Shown in pieces: positions 32,569 to 40,667 of a DNA stretch of 64,000 nt. The notes under the pieces were generated by a model. It had not been told where the DNA came from. It worked only from the letters and a program-made list of their open reading frames with translations, and did not search any database. Positions within the stretch are counted from its first letter, which is position 1. Every line of letters begins with the position of its first letter. Source of the stretch: Vicinamibacterales bacterium (GTDB lineage: Bacteria > Acidobacteriota > Vicinamibacteria > Vicinamibacterales > 2-12-FULL-66-21); assembly GCA_036257535.1 (NCBI GenBank), contig DATAFJ010000137.1, forward strand, positions 3,540 to 67,539, written 5' to 3'. A program made the position numbers and the translations under genes.

Positions 32569-34773
32569 TCAGGCTAGCCTTTCCACGAACGACGTGTCGA
32601 GCCCGTCGCGCCTGAGCTGCGCCACGAGCGCATCGCGCTCGACGGCGTGGCGATACGCCTCGCTCGGGTCGACCAGGCCGCCGCGCACGAGCGAGGCGAG
32701 CGCGTCGTTCAGCGGCGTCATGCCGAGCTTGCGTCCGCTCTGAAGCGCCGCCTGAATCTGAAACAGCTTGCCCTCGGCGATGAGCGATGCGACCGCCGGC
32801 GTATTGAGCAGCAGCTCGCGCGCGGCGACCCGGCCGCCGCCGCGCTTCCGAAGCATGGCCTGCGCGACGACGCCCCGGAGGGTCGATGCGAGCGCGCTTC
32901 TGATCTGCGTCCGCCGTTCGGCCGGCGTCTGCTCGATCAGCCGTTCGATCGCCGGTCCGGCGGCAGGCGCACGCAGGCCGGCGAACACCAGCCGGCCGCC
33001 CTGTGCGGCTTCGACTGCTGCCGCTACGGTTTCGGCGGAACCGAGCTCCTCGACCACGAGCACGTCCGGATCTTCCCGCATGGCCGCCCAGACGGCGGCG
33101 GCGATCTCGTCCCCTTGTCCTCTCACTTCGCGCTGGCTCACGAACGAGCGCTTCGGCTCGTGCAGGAAGAGGATTTGAGTCTCGATCGTGACGACGTGCT
33201 CGCTCCGGGTGCGATTGACGAGATCGACGAAGGCTGCGACGAGCGTGGAGAGGTCGCTGCCGCGCGGTCCGGCCAGAAGCACGAGGCCGTCCGGCACCGC
33301 CGACAACGCCTGGACTTCCTTGGAGAGACCGAGCTGCTCCGCCGAAATGGCTCGAGGCGGCAGCATCCGGAAGATCACGCCCGGCCCGCGATGATCGAAG
33401 AAGCTGAGGCAGCGGACGCGGCCGACCTCCGCCATGTCGCAGATCCACTCGGTCGTCTCGCCGGCACGCACGGCCTCGCGCGTGGGTTCCTGCGCCACGC
33501 TCATCGTGAACGCCTCGACCGTGTCAGGCGTGAGCAGGTCCTCGCCGTCGAGCGTCTGCATCTCGCCGTCCACGCGGACGACCGGCTTGGTCCGCGCCAC
33601 CGCGTAGAGCGCCGACGCGCCGCGCGCCGCGGCGATGCGTAGCAGACGATCGAGATCCGACGGCGCCACGACCTGCGGCGGAGGCGCAGAGTCGCGCGGC
33701 ACACGGGCGATGGGGACCACGACGGCACCACTCCCTTCCTCGAGCTCGTCTTCAGCGACCGTGTAACTCGCCGCCGGCGGCTCGCCTGGCAGAACTCGGG
33801 TCTCTTCCACCGGAGCGACATGACCGAACGTCAACTGGCCCTCGGATTCGAGGACCGCCGCTGTCGGTGCGTGTTGAGGCTCTTCTGCCACCGCCTCCGG
33901 CCGGAGATCGGCCGGCGTCGGCGACACGAGCTGGTATGCGGGTTCAGCCGGGGCCTCGACGGCAGCCGTGATCGGCGGCGGTCCGGCAGCGACCGGCGCT
34001 TCCTGCTCTTCGACCGCGAGTGTCGTGAGCCCCACGACGGGGCTCAGGGTCGGCTTTTCGATCGGGCTTACCGTTTCAGCGGCCATCGGAGCCGGTTCTT
34101 CGACCGCGACCGGGGCGGGCTCTTCGACGGCCACCGGTGCAGGCTCTTCGACGGCCACCAGTGCAGGCTCTTCGACGGCCACCGGTGCAGGCTCTTCGAC
34201 GGCCACCGGTGCAGGCTCTTCGACGGCCACCGGTACAGGTTCTTCGACGGCCACCGGTACAGGTTCTTCGACAGCCACCGGTGCAGCCTCTTCGACGACC
34301 ACTGGTGCGGGCTCTTCGACAGCCACCGGTGCAGCCTCTTCGACGACCTCCTGTGGCGCTTCGGCGATCGGAGTTGGCGCTGGTTCTTCAGCGCCGGCGG
34401 GGGACGTTTCGACCGCGTCGGCCGCCGTAGGCCTCACGTGCCGGATCTCGAGCCAGATGTCCTGTCCGCCACGCGCCGCGATGACGACGAAGCGCGAGCC
34501 GTTTTCGCGATTCGGGAGCTCGTGCTCGACGGCCCCGATTTCCTGCAGCGCCTGTCGCTCGTCCGCGGGGAGGAGCTGGTCCACCATCGCGCCGACGGCG
34601 TCGAGCGTGAGCAGCTTCGACGACAATTCGACCTGCCCCCACACCAGCGGCCCGCGGAACTCGTTCATCGCGGTACGCGACGTGACGACGTACGGCTTTT
34701 CGCCGACGTGCATGACGAGCGCGTCGCCGTCCAGCCGGACGATTGCAGACAGGAGCGAGTCGATCAGTGACAT
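32569..34773 (-). CDS. PilT-like protein with degenerate ATPase motifs, an extra N-terminal PilT_N-like domain and a Pro/Val/Glu-rich tandem-repeat linker
   Basis: The C-terminal half aligns with PilT block by block, but Walker A is GPRGSDLST (vs GPTGSGKST), the Asp box is TIETQILF, Walker B is DPDVLVVEELGS, and the His box is GGRLVFAGLRA (vs TGHLVFGTLHT). ATG 34773 gives MSLIDSLLSAIVRLDGDALVMHVG.... An alternative GTG lies at 34860. Confidence 0.75.
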   Translation of the reverse strand: MSLIDSLLSAIVRLDGDALVMHVGEKPYVVTSRTAMNEFRGPLVWGQVELSSKLLTLDAVGAMVDQLLPADERQALQEIGAVEHELPNRENGSRFVVIAARGGQDIWLEIRHVRPTAADAVETSPAGAEEPAPTPIAEAPQEVVEEAAPVAVEEPAPVVVEEAAPVAVEEPVPVAVEEPVPVAVEEPAPVAVEEPAPVAVEEPALVAVEEPAPVAVEEPAPVAVEEPAPMAAETVSPIEKPTLSPVVGLTTLAVEEQEAPVAAGPPPITAAVEAPAEPAYQLVSPTPADLRPEAVAEEPQHAPTAAVLESEGQLTFGHVAPVEETRVLPGEPPAASYTVAEDELEEGSGAVVVPIARVPRDSAPPPQVVAPSDLDRLLRIAAARGASALYAVARTKPVVRVDGEMQTLDGEDLLTPDTVEAFTMSVAQEPTREAVRAGETTEWICDMAEVGRVRCLSFFDHRGPGVIFRMLPPRAISAEQLGLSKEVQALSAVPDGLVLLAGPRGSDLSTLVAAFVDLVNRTRSEHVVTIETQILFLHEPKRSFVSQREVRGQGDEIAAAVWAAMREDPDVLVVEELGSAETVAAAVEAAQGGRLVFAGLRAPAAGPAIERLIEQTPAERRTQIRSALASTLRGVVAQAMLRKRGGGRVAARELLLNTPAVASLIAEGKLFQIQAALQSGRKLGMTPLNDALASLVRGGLVDPSEAYRHAVERDALVAQLRRDGLDTSFVERLA
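34086..34348. repeat. About 11 tandem copies of a 24-nt unit (ggctcttcgacggccaccggtgca) inside the PilT-like CDS
   Basis: Read directly. It encodes (PVAVEEPA)n with point variants (A/V/L). Confidence 0.9.
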
Positions 34774-34869
34774 CGTGTGCAGGGCCGTGCGATCGCCCGC
34801 AATTCCTTCGCGGCGTCCGGCGTTCGCCGGACCTTCAACTCGAAGTGTCGGAGTCCCCACGACGGTGCT

Positions 34870-35289
34870 TTAGGCCGCGTGTCCTTCGTACACCCTCACC
34901 AGCTCCACCAGCTTGTATCCCCGCGTCTGATACGGCGGGACGATCCGCTCGGATCGAAGGTACTGAAGCATGCCTTCGTCTTCGTAGTCCGGCGCGCCCA
35001 CGCCGGCCGCAGCCTCGAGCGCTCGCTCGAGGTCCTTCATCGTCATCGTCTTGTCCGACCGCTCCCGGGTGCCGGGCAGAAACCCGAAGCGCTTGACCGG
35101 CTCCCGGCGAGTGGTCAATTCGAAGACAACATATATCTCGTTGCTGATGAAATTGTAATCGGCGTCGGATCGGGTCGACGGCGCGTCCTCGACGCGAACA
35201 AGGCTAATCCCCGAAATAGTCTGCAATACGTCGATGAGCGTCTGGGTAAACGTCCCCTCTCCGGACCAACGCGACGTGTCCAACTGCAT
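34870..35289 (-). CDS. Hypothetical protein
   Basis: 139 aa, 3 nt downstream of the ubiE/menG stop. No family recognised. Confidence 0.5.
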   Translation of the reverse strand: MQLDTSRWSGEGTFTQTLIDVLQTISGISLVRVEDAPSTRSDADYNFISNEIYVVFELTTRREPVKRFGFLPGTRERSDKTMTMKDLERALEAAAGVGAPDYEDEGMLQYLRSERIVPPYQTRGYKLVELVRVYEGHAA

Positions 35290-35292
35290 ATT

Positions 35293-36039
35293 TCACGCCT
35301 TCGCCTCGTGAATAGCCATCAGCCCGCCCAGAACCGGCAGGAATCGGGCGCTGTCAAAGCCCTGCGCCTCGAGCCTCGCGACGACCGCCTCGGCGCCCGG
35401 ATAGCGTTTGATGCTCTCGGGAATATAGCGGTATGTATCGGGGTCGCGGTGCAGCGCCCAGCCGACCGCGGACCCGACGGCCGTCAGGTAACTGAGGTAG
35501 ACGGCCCTGACCAGCGCGTTCGCCGGGCGATTGAAGTCGAGCGACAGGAACAGCCCTCCGGGTCTGAGCACGCGGCGCACCTCGGACAGCGCGGCGTCGA
35601 TGTCGGGAACGTTCCGAATGCCGTACCCGGTCGTCACGAGGTCGAAGGCGCGATCCGGAAACGGCAGCGCGAGCATGTCGCCGACGAGAAAAAGGGGACA
35701 GTCACCTTTTTTCGCGTTACGTAAAAAGGTGACTGTCCCCTTTTTCTTTGCCAGCTCCACCATCCTCGGCGTGATGTCCAGTCCGACGACGTGCGCGCAG
35801 TCGGCCGCGAGCGCGAAGGCGATGTCGCCCGTTCCGCACGCGAGGTCGAGCGCCTTCGTGCCCGGCCGCACACCCGCGAGCGCGACGAGACGCCGTTTCC
35901 ACGCAGCGTCGCGCCCGTACGACAGCAGGACGGTGATCAGATCGTAGCGATCGGCAATGGTCGCGAAGAGCCGCCGCACGTAGCGGCTCTTTCCGTCAGG
36001 GGTCGAGAGGGATGTTTCGAGGTGCGGACGGCCCGTCAT
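35293..36039 (-). CDS. ubiE: Demethylmenaquinone/ubiquinone methyltransferase UbiE/MenG, carrying an in-frame perfect palindrome
   Basis: V...F..IA..YDL.N..LS.G.D..WR, the SAM motif ALDLACGTGD, LPFPD..FD.VT..YG.RNV.D, GG.F..L.F..P. ATGA overlap with the cupredoxin stop. Confidence 0.85.
   Translation of the reverse strand: MTGRPHLETSLSTPDGKSRYVRRLFATIADRYDLITVLLSYGRDAAWKRRLVALAGVRPGTKALDLACGTGDIAFALAADCAHVVGLDITPRMVELAKKKGTVTFLRNAKKGDCPLFLVGDMLALPFPDRAFDLVTTGYGIRNVPDIDAALSEVRRVLRPGGLFLSLDFNRPANALVRAVYLSYLTAVGSAVGWALHRDPDTYRYIPESIKRYPGAEAVVARLEAQGFDSARFLPVLGGLMAIHEAKA
35688..35746. repeat. Perfect 24-bp inverted repeat with 11-nt spacer inside ubiE/menG
   Basis: gaaaaaggggacagtcaccttttt (35688-35711) is the exact reverse complement of aaaaaggtgactgtcccctttttc (35723-35746). 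Together they are translated as KKKGTVTFLRNAKKGDCPLF. Confidence 0.9.
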
Positions 36040-36446
36040 TCCACCTCGATGATGCCACGCATCATCGAGGCGTGCGGGTTGCAGAGATACTCGTAGCGGC
36101 CGGCGCGGTCGGGAACGCGGAACGTCACGGCATCCTCGCCGCCGCCCTGCAGACGACGCGTCGCCACCTTCCAGTCGCTGACGGCGAAGTCGTGCGTCAC
36201 GCCGGGCTGTTCGTTCTTCAGGACGAGCCTCACCCGCTCGCCGGACCGCAGCCGCAGCGTCGGGTTCTCGCCCCCGGTGCCGTCAAGATAGAACGCCATG
36301 TCGCGGACGACGAGCACGACGTCGCGCGGTTTGGAATCGGCAGAGCCCGAGCCGCGCGCGAGCAGCGCGCCGACGCCGAGGCAGACGACCGTCGCCGCGA
36401 CGATGAAGGACCGAGCGAACCCTGCGTGCCGGGTGAGGAATCCCAT
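36036..36446 (-). CDS. Cupredoxin (plastocyanin/azurin-like type-1 copper protein)
   Basis: N-terminal membrane anchor or signal, then the ligand pattern ...THDF... and YLCNPHASMM (C-x2-H-x3-M). Confidence 0.8.
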   Translation of the reverse strand: MGFLTRHAGFARSFIVAATVVCLGVGALLARGSGSADSKPRDVVLVVRDMAFYLDGTGGENPTLRLRSGERVRLVLKNEQPGVTHDFAVSDWKVATRRLQGGGEDAVTFRVPDRAGRYEYLCNPHASMMRGIIEVE

Positions 36447-36449
36447 GAC

Positions 36450-37688
36450 TCAGCCTACGAGCATCCCCGTCGAATACATGATGGCGAAGCCGGCAGCGAG
36501 ACCGGCGAGCACCGGTCCGCGCGCGAAATAACGCGATATGGAGTCCTGTCCCGCCATCTGACGCGCGATCAGGTTGACGACCTGGGCGATGGCTCCCGCT
36601 CCAATCGAAAGGAACAGCACCGACCATACGGGCGAGTAGGCGAGGCCGCCGATCCACGCACCGGCGATGGTCGGCGCTCCGCCGATGACCCCAAGCAACA
36701 GAAGATCCTTGGCGGGGACGCGTTCGTGAGCGATCGGCGCGACGATCGCCAGACCCTCGGTCGTGTTGTGCAGCGTGAACCCGATGATGAGGAGCGTGCC
36801 GAGCGCCGCTTCACCGAGCGCGAACGCCGCACCGATCGCGAGCCCCTCGCCGAAATTGTGAAGGCCGATGCCGATCGCGACGAGCAGTGCCGTCACCCAA
36901 CCGGCGCCGAGCCCGACGCCGACGCCGCTTGAACTGCGCTTCGACCTCAGCGCCACGCCGAGCGCCTCGAGCGCGAGAAACGCGCCGACCGCGCCGAAGA
37001 AAAACAGCGCCGGCCCCTGCAGCGAGCCGGGAATCGCATCCGCCGCCTCGAGTCCTTCGTGGGCGGCATCCGCCAGGAGGAACAGAAGTAATCCAATCGT
37101 CAGCGCCAGCAGAAAGTCCATGCCGGCCTTTCCCAGTCGTCCGACGAGCGGGAACCAGAGGAGCCCGAGCGCCACGGGAATCACGCCGACGTAGAGACCG
37201 ATGAGCGCAAAGATCCCGAGATATCGCGCGTCGGGACGCGGCGTCGTGACCGCGACGCCGATCTCGTGCTCGAACGTCGTCCCCGTCGAGCTCACGACTT
37301 TCACGAAGTGAGTCTCGCCCTGGACCCAGGGATACGGAATCCGCAGCCTGGTTCGACCCAGGTGCCGCAGCTCAGACGCTCCTTCGACCGTGAACTGCCA
37401 ATAGGCATCGTCGACGATGATCTGCGCGATGGTGATCGGATCGGGACCGTCGTTCATCACCGTCGCGAGAATGCCGTCGGAGTCCAGCGTGACACGCTGG
37501 AACACGAGGCGCTCGACCGGCGGATAGCCGTCGCCTCTGAGCGCCTGCGCGGGACCCCACCGCAGCAGCAGCAGCACCAGGCCGGCGAGAAGGATCAGCG
37601 GCAGAACCGCGATCAGCCAGACGCTGGCTGTGATACGAGGCTGCAGCCTCGCGTCACTTCGATCGGTCGCCAGCGTCTCAGGTTTCAC
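36450..37688 (-). CDS. ZIP family metal cation transporter with ~150-aa N-terminal extracytoplasmic domain
   Basis: The C-terminal GIGLHNFGEGLAIGAAF...GFTLHNTTEGLAIV are ZIP/GufA signature helices. The GTG start overlaps the multicopper oxidase 3' end by 11 nt. Confidence 0.8.
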   Translation of the reverse strand: MKPETLATDRSDARLQPRITASVWLIAVLPLILLAGLVLLLLRWGPAQALRGDGYPPVERLVFQRVTLDSDGILATVMNDGPDPITIAQIIVDDAYWQFTVEGASELRHLGRTRLRIPYPWVQGETHFVKVVSSTGTTFEHEIGVAVTTPRPDARYLGIFALIGLYVGVIPVALGLLWFPLVGRLGKAGMDFLLALTIGLLLFLLADAAHEGLEAADAIPGSLQGPALFFFGAVGAFLALEALGVALRSKRSSSGVGVGLGAGWVTALLVAIGIGLHNFGEGLAIGAAFALGEAALGTLLIIGFTLHNTTEGLAIVAPIAHERVPAKDLLLLGVIGGAPTIAGAWIGGLAYSPVWSVLFLSIGAGAIAQVVNLIARQMAGQDSISRYFARGPVLAGLAAGFAIMYSTGMLVG

Positions 37689-38721
37689 GTCGGCTTCCCT
37701 CGGCCCTGAACAGGCCCATCCACCCGAGCTCCGCGAACTCGCTCTGATGGGCGTGGAACATGAAGTCCCCTGGATAGCGGAACCGCGTCTCGACGATCGC
37801 GCGCTCGCCCTGGCAGAGCATCAGCGTATCGGTGACCTCGCTCGTCGTGAGCGCGGTACCTGTTCTGAACACGTCGAAGAACATCCCGTGAAGGTGCAGG
37901 CTGTTGACCAGATCGAACTCGGTGACGTTGATGAGATAGATCCGAACGAGCTCGCCCACCTTCACGCGCACCGGCTCGTGCATGAAGTGATGCGCGACCG
38001 TGTTGACCGCGTACACCTCGTTGTCGGCGTCGAAGTTGGTGTCGAACGCGTTCATCACCATCACCATCTCGTCCGCCGCGGGCCGGCCACCCTTGGGATC
38101 GACGATGAACGCGCCGTACAGACCTTTGTGGATGTGGCGCTTCAGCGGAACCGCGTGACAGTGATAGAGGTGCAGCCCGAATGGCTCGGCATCGAACTCG
38201 TAGACGAACTGCTTGCCGGGCATGACCTGGTGCTCCGACAACGAGCCGTCCATCTCGGGTGGATGCCAGCCGTGAAAGTGCATCGTGTGCGGATGGGAGC
38301 CGCCGTTCGAGAACGTGATTCGAATGCGATCCCCTTCCGTGGCGCGGATCGTCGGCCCGGGAACCTGCCCGTTGTAGGTCCAGGCCGGGAAGAAGACGCC
38401 CGGCGCAATCTCCACCTCGCGGTCGACCCCGAAGATCTCGTACTCGCGGAAGAGGGAGCCATCGGGGCGCCGCGTTTCCCGGTAGAACTTCGACCGCCGC
38501 TCGGGCGCGAGATCGGAGAAGTTCCAGGCGCGCAGGTAGACCATCGGGTCGAAGGCCTCCGTCGAGACCCGACCGACCGCCCCCATCGCGTGGCTGGCGT
38601 GGGGAAAGGTGGCCTCGGAGCTCGGACCCTGGGCCCGGGCGGCGCGCCGCGCGAACAGACCCGCGCCGAACGTGCCTACCCCAGCCGCCTGCAGCCATGA
38701 ACGCCTTGAAAGCCCCTTCAT
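37678..38721 (-). CDS. Tat-exported two-domain multicopper oxidase family protein (NirK/small-laccase-like)
   Basis: Twin-arginine signal SRRSWLQAAGVG. Copper motifs HPHTMHFHGWH, LYHCHAVPLKRHIHKGLYG and FMFHAHQSEF. Substrate unknown. Confidence 0.75.
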   Translation of the reverse strand: MKGLSRRSWLQAAGVGTFGAGLFARRAARAQGPSSEATFPHASHAMGAVGRVSTEAFDPMVYLRAWNFSDLAPERRSKFYRETRRPDGSLFREYEIFGVDREVEIAPGVFFPAWTYNGQVPGPTIRATEGDRIRITFSNGGSHPHTMHFHGWHPPEMDGSLSEHQVMPGKQFVYEFDAEPFGLHLYHCHAVPLKRHIHKGLYGAFIVDPKGGRPAADEMVMVMNAFDTNFDADNEVYAVNTVAHHFMHEPVRVKVGELVRIYLINVTEFDLVNSLHLHGMFFDVFRTGTALTTSEVTDTLMLCQGERAIVETRFRYPGDFMFHAHQSEFAELGWMGLFRAEGSRRET

Positions 38722-38741
38722 TCGACTCGTCTAATCCTAAT

Positions 38742-38757
38742 TTTTGACAAATCAAAA
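38742..38757. promoter_or_regulatory. Inverted repeat TTTTGA-caaa-TCAAAA in the AT-rich divergent promoter region (candidate DtxR/MntR-type operator)
   Basis: Palindrome read in the 63-bp spacer between the multicopper oxidase operon and the DtxR-family gene. It overlaps a TTGACA hexamer. Function is inferred. Confidence 0.3.
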
Positions 38758-38784
38758 TATAAAGATGTATCGTTCCAAAGTCAA

Positions 38785-40251
38785 ATGGCAGCTTCATATA
38801 CGGTCGAAAACTACCTGAAAACCCTGTATCAGGCCCAGTTCGCGCTGCCCGACCACGAAGGCCTGGTCCCAATGGGAACCCTTTCGTCGGCACTTGGGGT
38901 CGTTCCCGGGACGGCGACCACCATGGTCAAAACTCTGGCTGAGTCCGGGCTCGTCCGTTACGAGCCGTACAGCGGAGTCCGCCTGACGCCCGCAGGCGAG
39001 AAGCTTGCGGCGCGCGTGCTGCGCCGGCACCGGCTCATTGAGCTGTTTCTCGTGCAGGTCATGGGAATGAGCTGGACCGAAGTGCACCCGGAGGCGGAGC
39101 AGCTCGAACACGCCGTTTCAGACCGCGTCATCGAGCGCATCGACGAGATGCTTGGCCACCCCGAGGCCGACCCGCACGGCGACCCGATCCCGGGTCCGGA
39201 AGGAACCGTCGTCCGCCAGCAGTACGACACGCTGCTCTCGTGCCCGCTCGACACGCCGGTCGCGATCCGCAGGGTGCTGGATCAGGATCCCGGATTCCTT
39301 CGCTTCATCGAGGAAAGCGATCTCAAGCCGGGGCAGACAATCACGATCGAAGAGCGCGATCCCGCGGCCGATCGAGTCCGCGTCGTCGTGCCGAACGATC
39401 GCCGCATCACGGTCGGCACTCGCGCGGCCGCCAAGGTGCTGGTTCAAACGCTGGCAGCGCTTCTCTTCGCGCTCATGTCTGCGCATGGTGCCGCGGCTCA
39501 GACACAGCCGACCGATCGGCTGCGCCCGTTCGAGATCACGGACAACTCGTTCCTCGTCGAAGAGGCCTTCAATCAGGAAGCGGGAGTCTTTCAGAGTATC
39601 TTCGGGACTGTGTTCGGCGACGACGGGTGGGCCGCAGGCTTCACGCAGGAGTGGCCGCTCGGTTCACAGACTCACCAGCTGTCGTACACGCTGCAGTGGC
39701 TCGACAGCGGCGAGGCGGTCGGCTTCGGCGACGCACTCATCAACTATCGCTACCAGGCGCTGATGGAAGGGCCCGGCCGCCCAGCCTTTTCTCCAAGGGT
39801 CAGCGTCGTGCTTCCGTTCGGGGACGTTCCCGGCGAACTAGGCGCCGGCTCGGCCGGGCTGCAGTTCAACCTTCCGTTCAGCAAGCAGACGGGCGACTGG
39901 TACTGGCACTGGAACGCGGGCCTGACGTGGCTTCCTCAGGCCCAATTCGACCTCGATCCGGGCCGTCAGGAAAATCTCTCGTCGCCCTTCCTGGCAGGGA
40001 GCGCGATCTACCGGCTGCGTCCGATGTTTAACGTGATGCTCGAAAGCGTCTGGCTCTCGCAGGAATTCATCGAGGACGCCGGCACGGGCCGGGAATCGCT
40101 GTTCACGCTGTCACCCGGCGCGCGGGGCGGGTGGAACATCGGCGACCATCAGCTGATTCTCGGCGTTGCGGTCCCCGTCACCTGGATCTCCGACGCGGCA
40201 GACGCGGGAATGTTTCTCTACTTCTCTTACGAGCTGCCCTTCAAGAGGTGA
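38785..40251 (+). CDS. DtxR/MntR-family metalloregulator (residues 1-~222) continuing in frame, with no stop, into a signal-peptide-bearing outer-membrane beta-barrel-like protein
   Basis: N-terminal part: ENYLKTLY, HTH, RHRLIELFL, HPEAEQLEHAVS, HGDPIP, and a FeoA/SH3-like domain ending ...GTRAAAKVLVQ. This is followed by TLAALLFALMSAHGAAAQ (signal-like) and an amphipathic beta-strand-rich region ending FSYELPFKR. Confidence 0.7.
   Translation: MAASYTVENYLKTLYQAQFALPDHEGLVPMGTLSSALGVVPGTATTMVKTLAESGLVRYEPYSGVRLTPAGEKLAARVLRRHRLIELFLVQVMGMSWTEVHPEAEQLEHAVSDRVIERIDEMLGHPEADPHGDPIPGPEGTVVRQQYDTLLSCPLDTPVAIRRVLDQDPGFLRFIEESDLKPGQTITIEERDPAADRVRVVVPNDRRITVGTRAAAKVLVQTLAALLFALMSAHGAAAQTQPTDRLRPFEITDNSFLVEEAFNQEAGVFQSIFGTVFGDDGWAAGFTQEWPLGSQTHQLSYTLQWLDSGEAVGFGDALINYRYQALMEGPGRPAFSPRVSVVLPFGDVPGELGAGSAGLQFNLPFSKQTGDWYWHWNAGLTWLPQAQFDLDPGRQENLSSPFLAGSAIYRLRPMFNVMLESVWLSQEFIEDAGTGRESLFTLSPGARGGWNIGDHQLILGVAVPVTWISDAADAGMFLYFSYELPFKR
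39436..40251 (+). CDS. Possible nested or internally initiated outer-membrane protein (MetA-pathway/transporter-like beta-barrel)
   Basis: The internal GTG 39436 (or ATG 39475) would give M-LVQTLAALLFALMSAHGAAAQ-TQP..., that is, a signal peptide plus a mature barrel. Only a weak Shine-Dalgarno is present. Confidence 0.35.
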   Translation: MLVQTLAALLFALMSAHGAAAQTQPTDRLRPFEITDNSFLVEEAFNQEAGVFQSIFGTVFGDDGWAAGFTQEWPLGSQTHQLSYTLQWLDSGEAVGFGDALINYRYQALMEGPGRPAFSPRVSVVLPFGDVPGELGAGSAGLQFNLPFSKQTGDWYWHWNAGLTWLPQAQFDLDPGRQENLSSPFLAGSAIYRLRPMFNVMLESVWLSQEFIEDAGTGRESLFTLSPGARGGWNIGDHQLILGVAVPVTWISDAADAGMFLYFSYELPFKR

Positions 40252-40255
40252 CCGC

Positions 40256-40660
40256 CTACTGCTGCGAGTAGGCGGCGAAAGAGGTGGGCGTCTCCCAGAC
40301 CCTGACCGAGACGACGTCGAGCCCGAGCGTGCGGGCCTGATCGAAGATCAATTTGGCGATTCGCTCGACTGTCGGATTGCTCTCCAGCACGTAGACGGGC
40401 TCGCCAAGCGCCTGGAGCGGCTTCACGAGCGGATCGTCCTGGCGCAGGATCATCTTGTGGTCAAGCTCGCGGTCGATCCACCCTTTCACCAGACGCTTGA
40501 TGTCGCTGAAGTCCGCAACCATGTTCCTGTTGTCGAGCCGGTCGGTGCGTATGTCGATCTCGACGGCCGCGTTGTGGCCGTGCGGGTGTTTGCAGACGCC
40601 GTCGTAATCCAGCAGCCGGTGCCCGTAACAGAAGTCGATTCGCTTGGTGACGAGATACAT
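40256..40660 (-). CDS. queD: 6-carboxy-5,6,7,8-tetrahydropterin synthase QueD
   Basis: F.YGHRL......C...HGHN......I......D..GMV.DF..IK and WETP.S.A are QueD/PTPS motifs. Confidence 0.9.
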   Translation of the reverse strand: MYLVTKRIDFCYGHRLLDYDGVCKHPHGHNAAVEIDIRTDRLDNRNMVADFSDIKRLVKGWIDRELDHKMILRQDDPLVKPLQALGEPVYVLESNPTVERIAKLIFDQARTLGLDVVSVRVWETPTSFAAYSQQ

Positions 40661-40667
40661 TGAGGAA

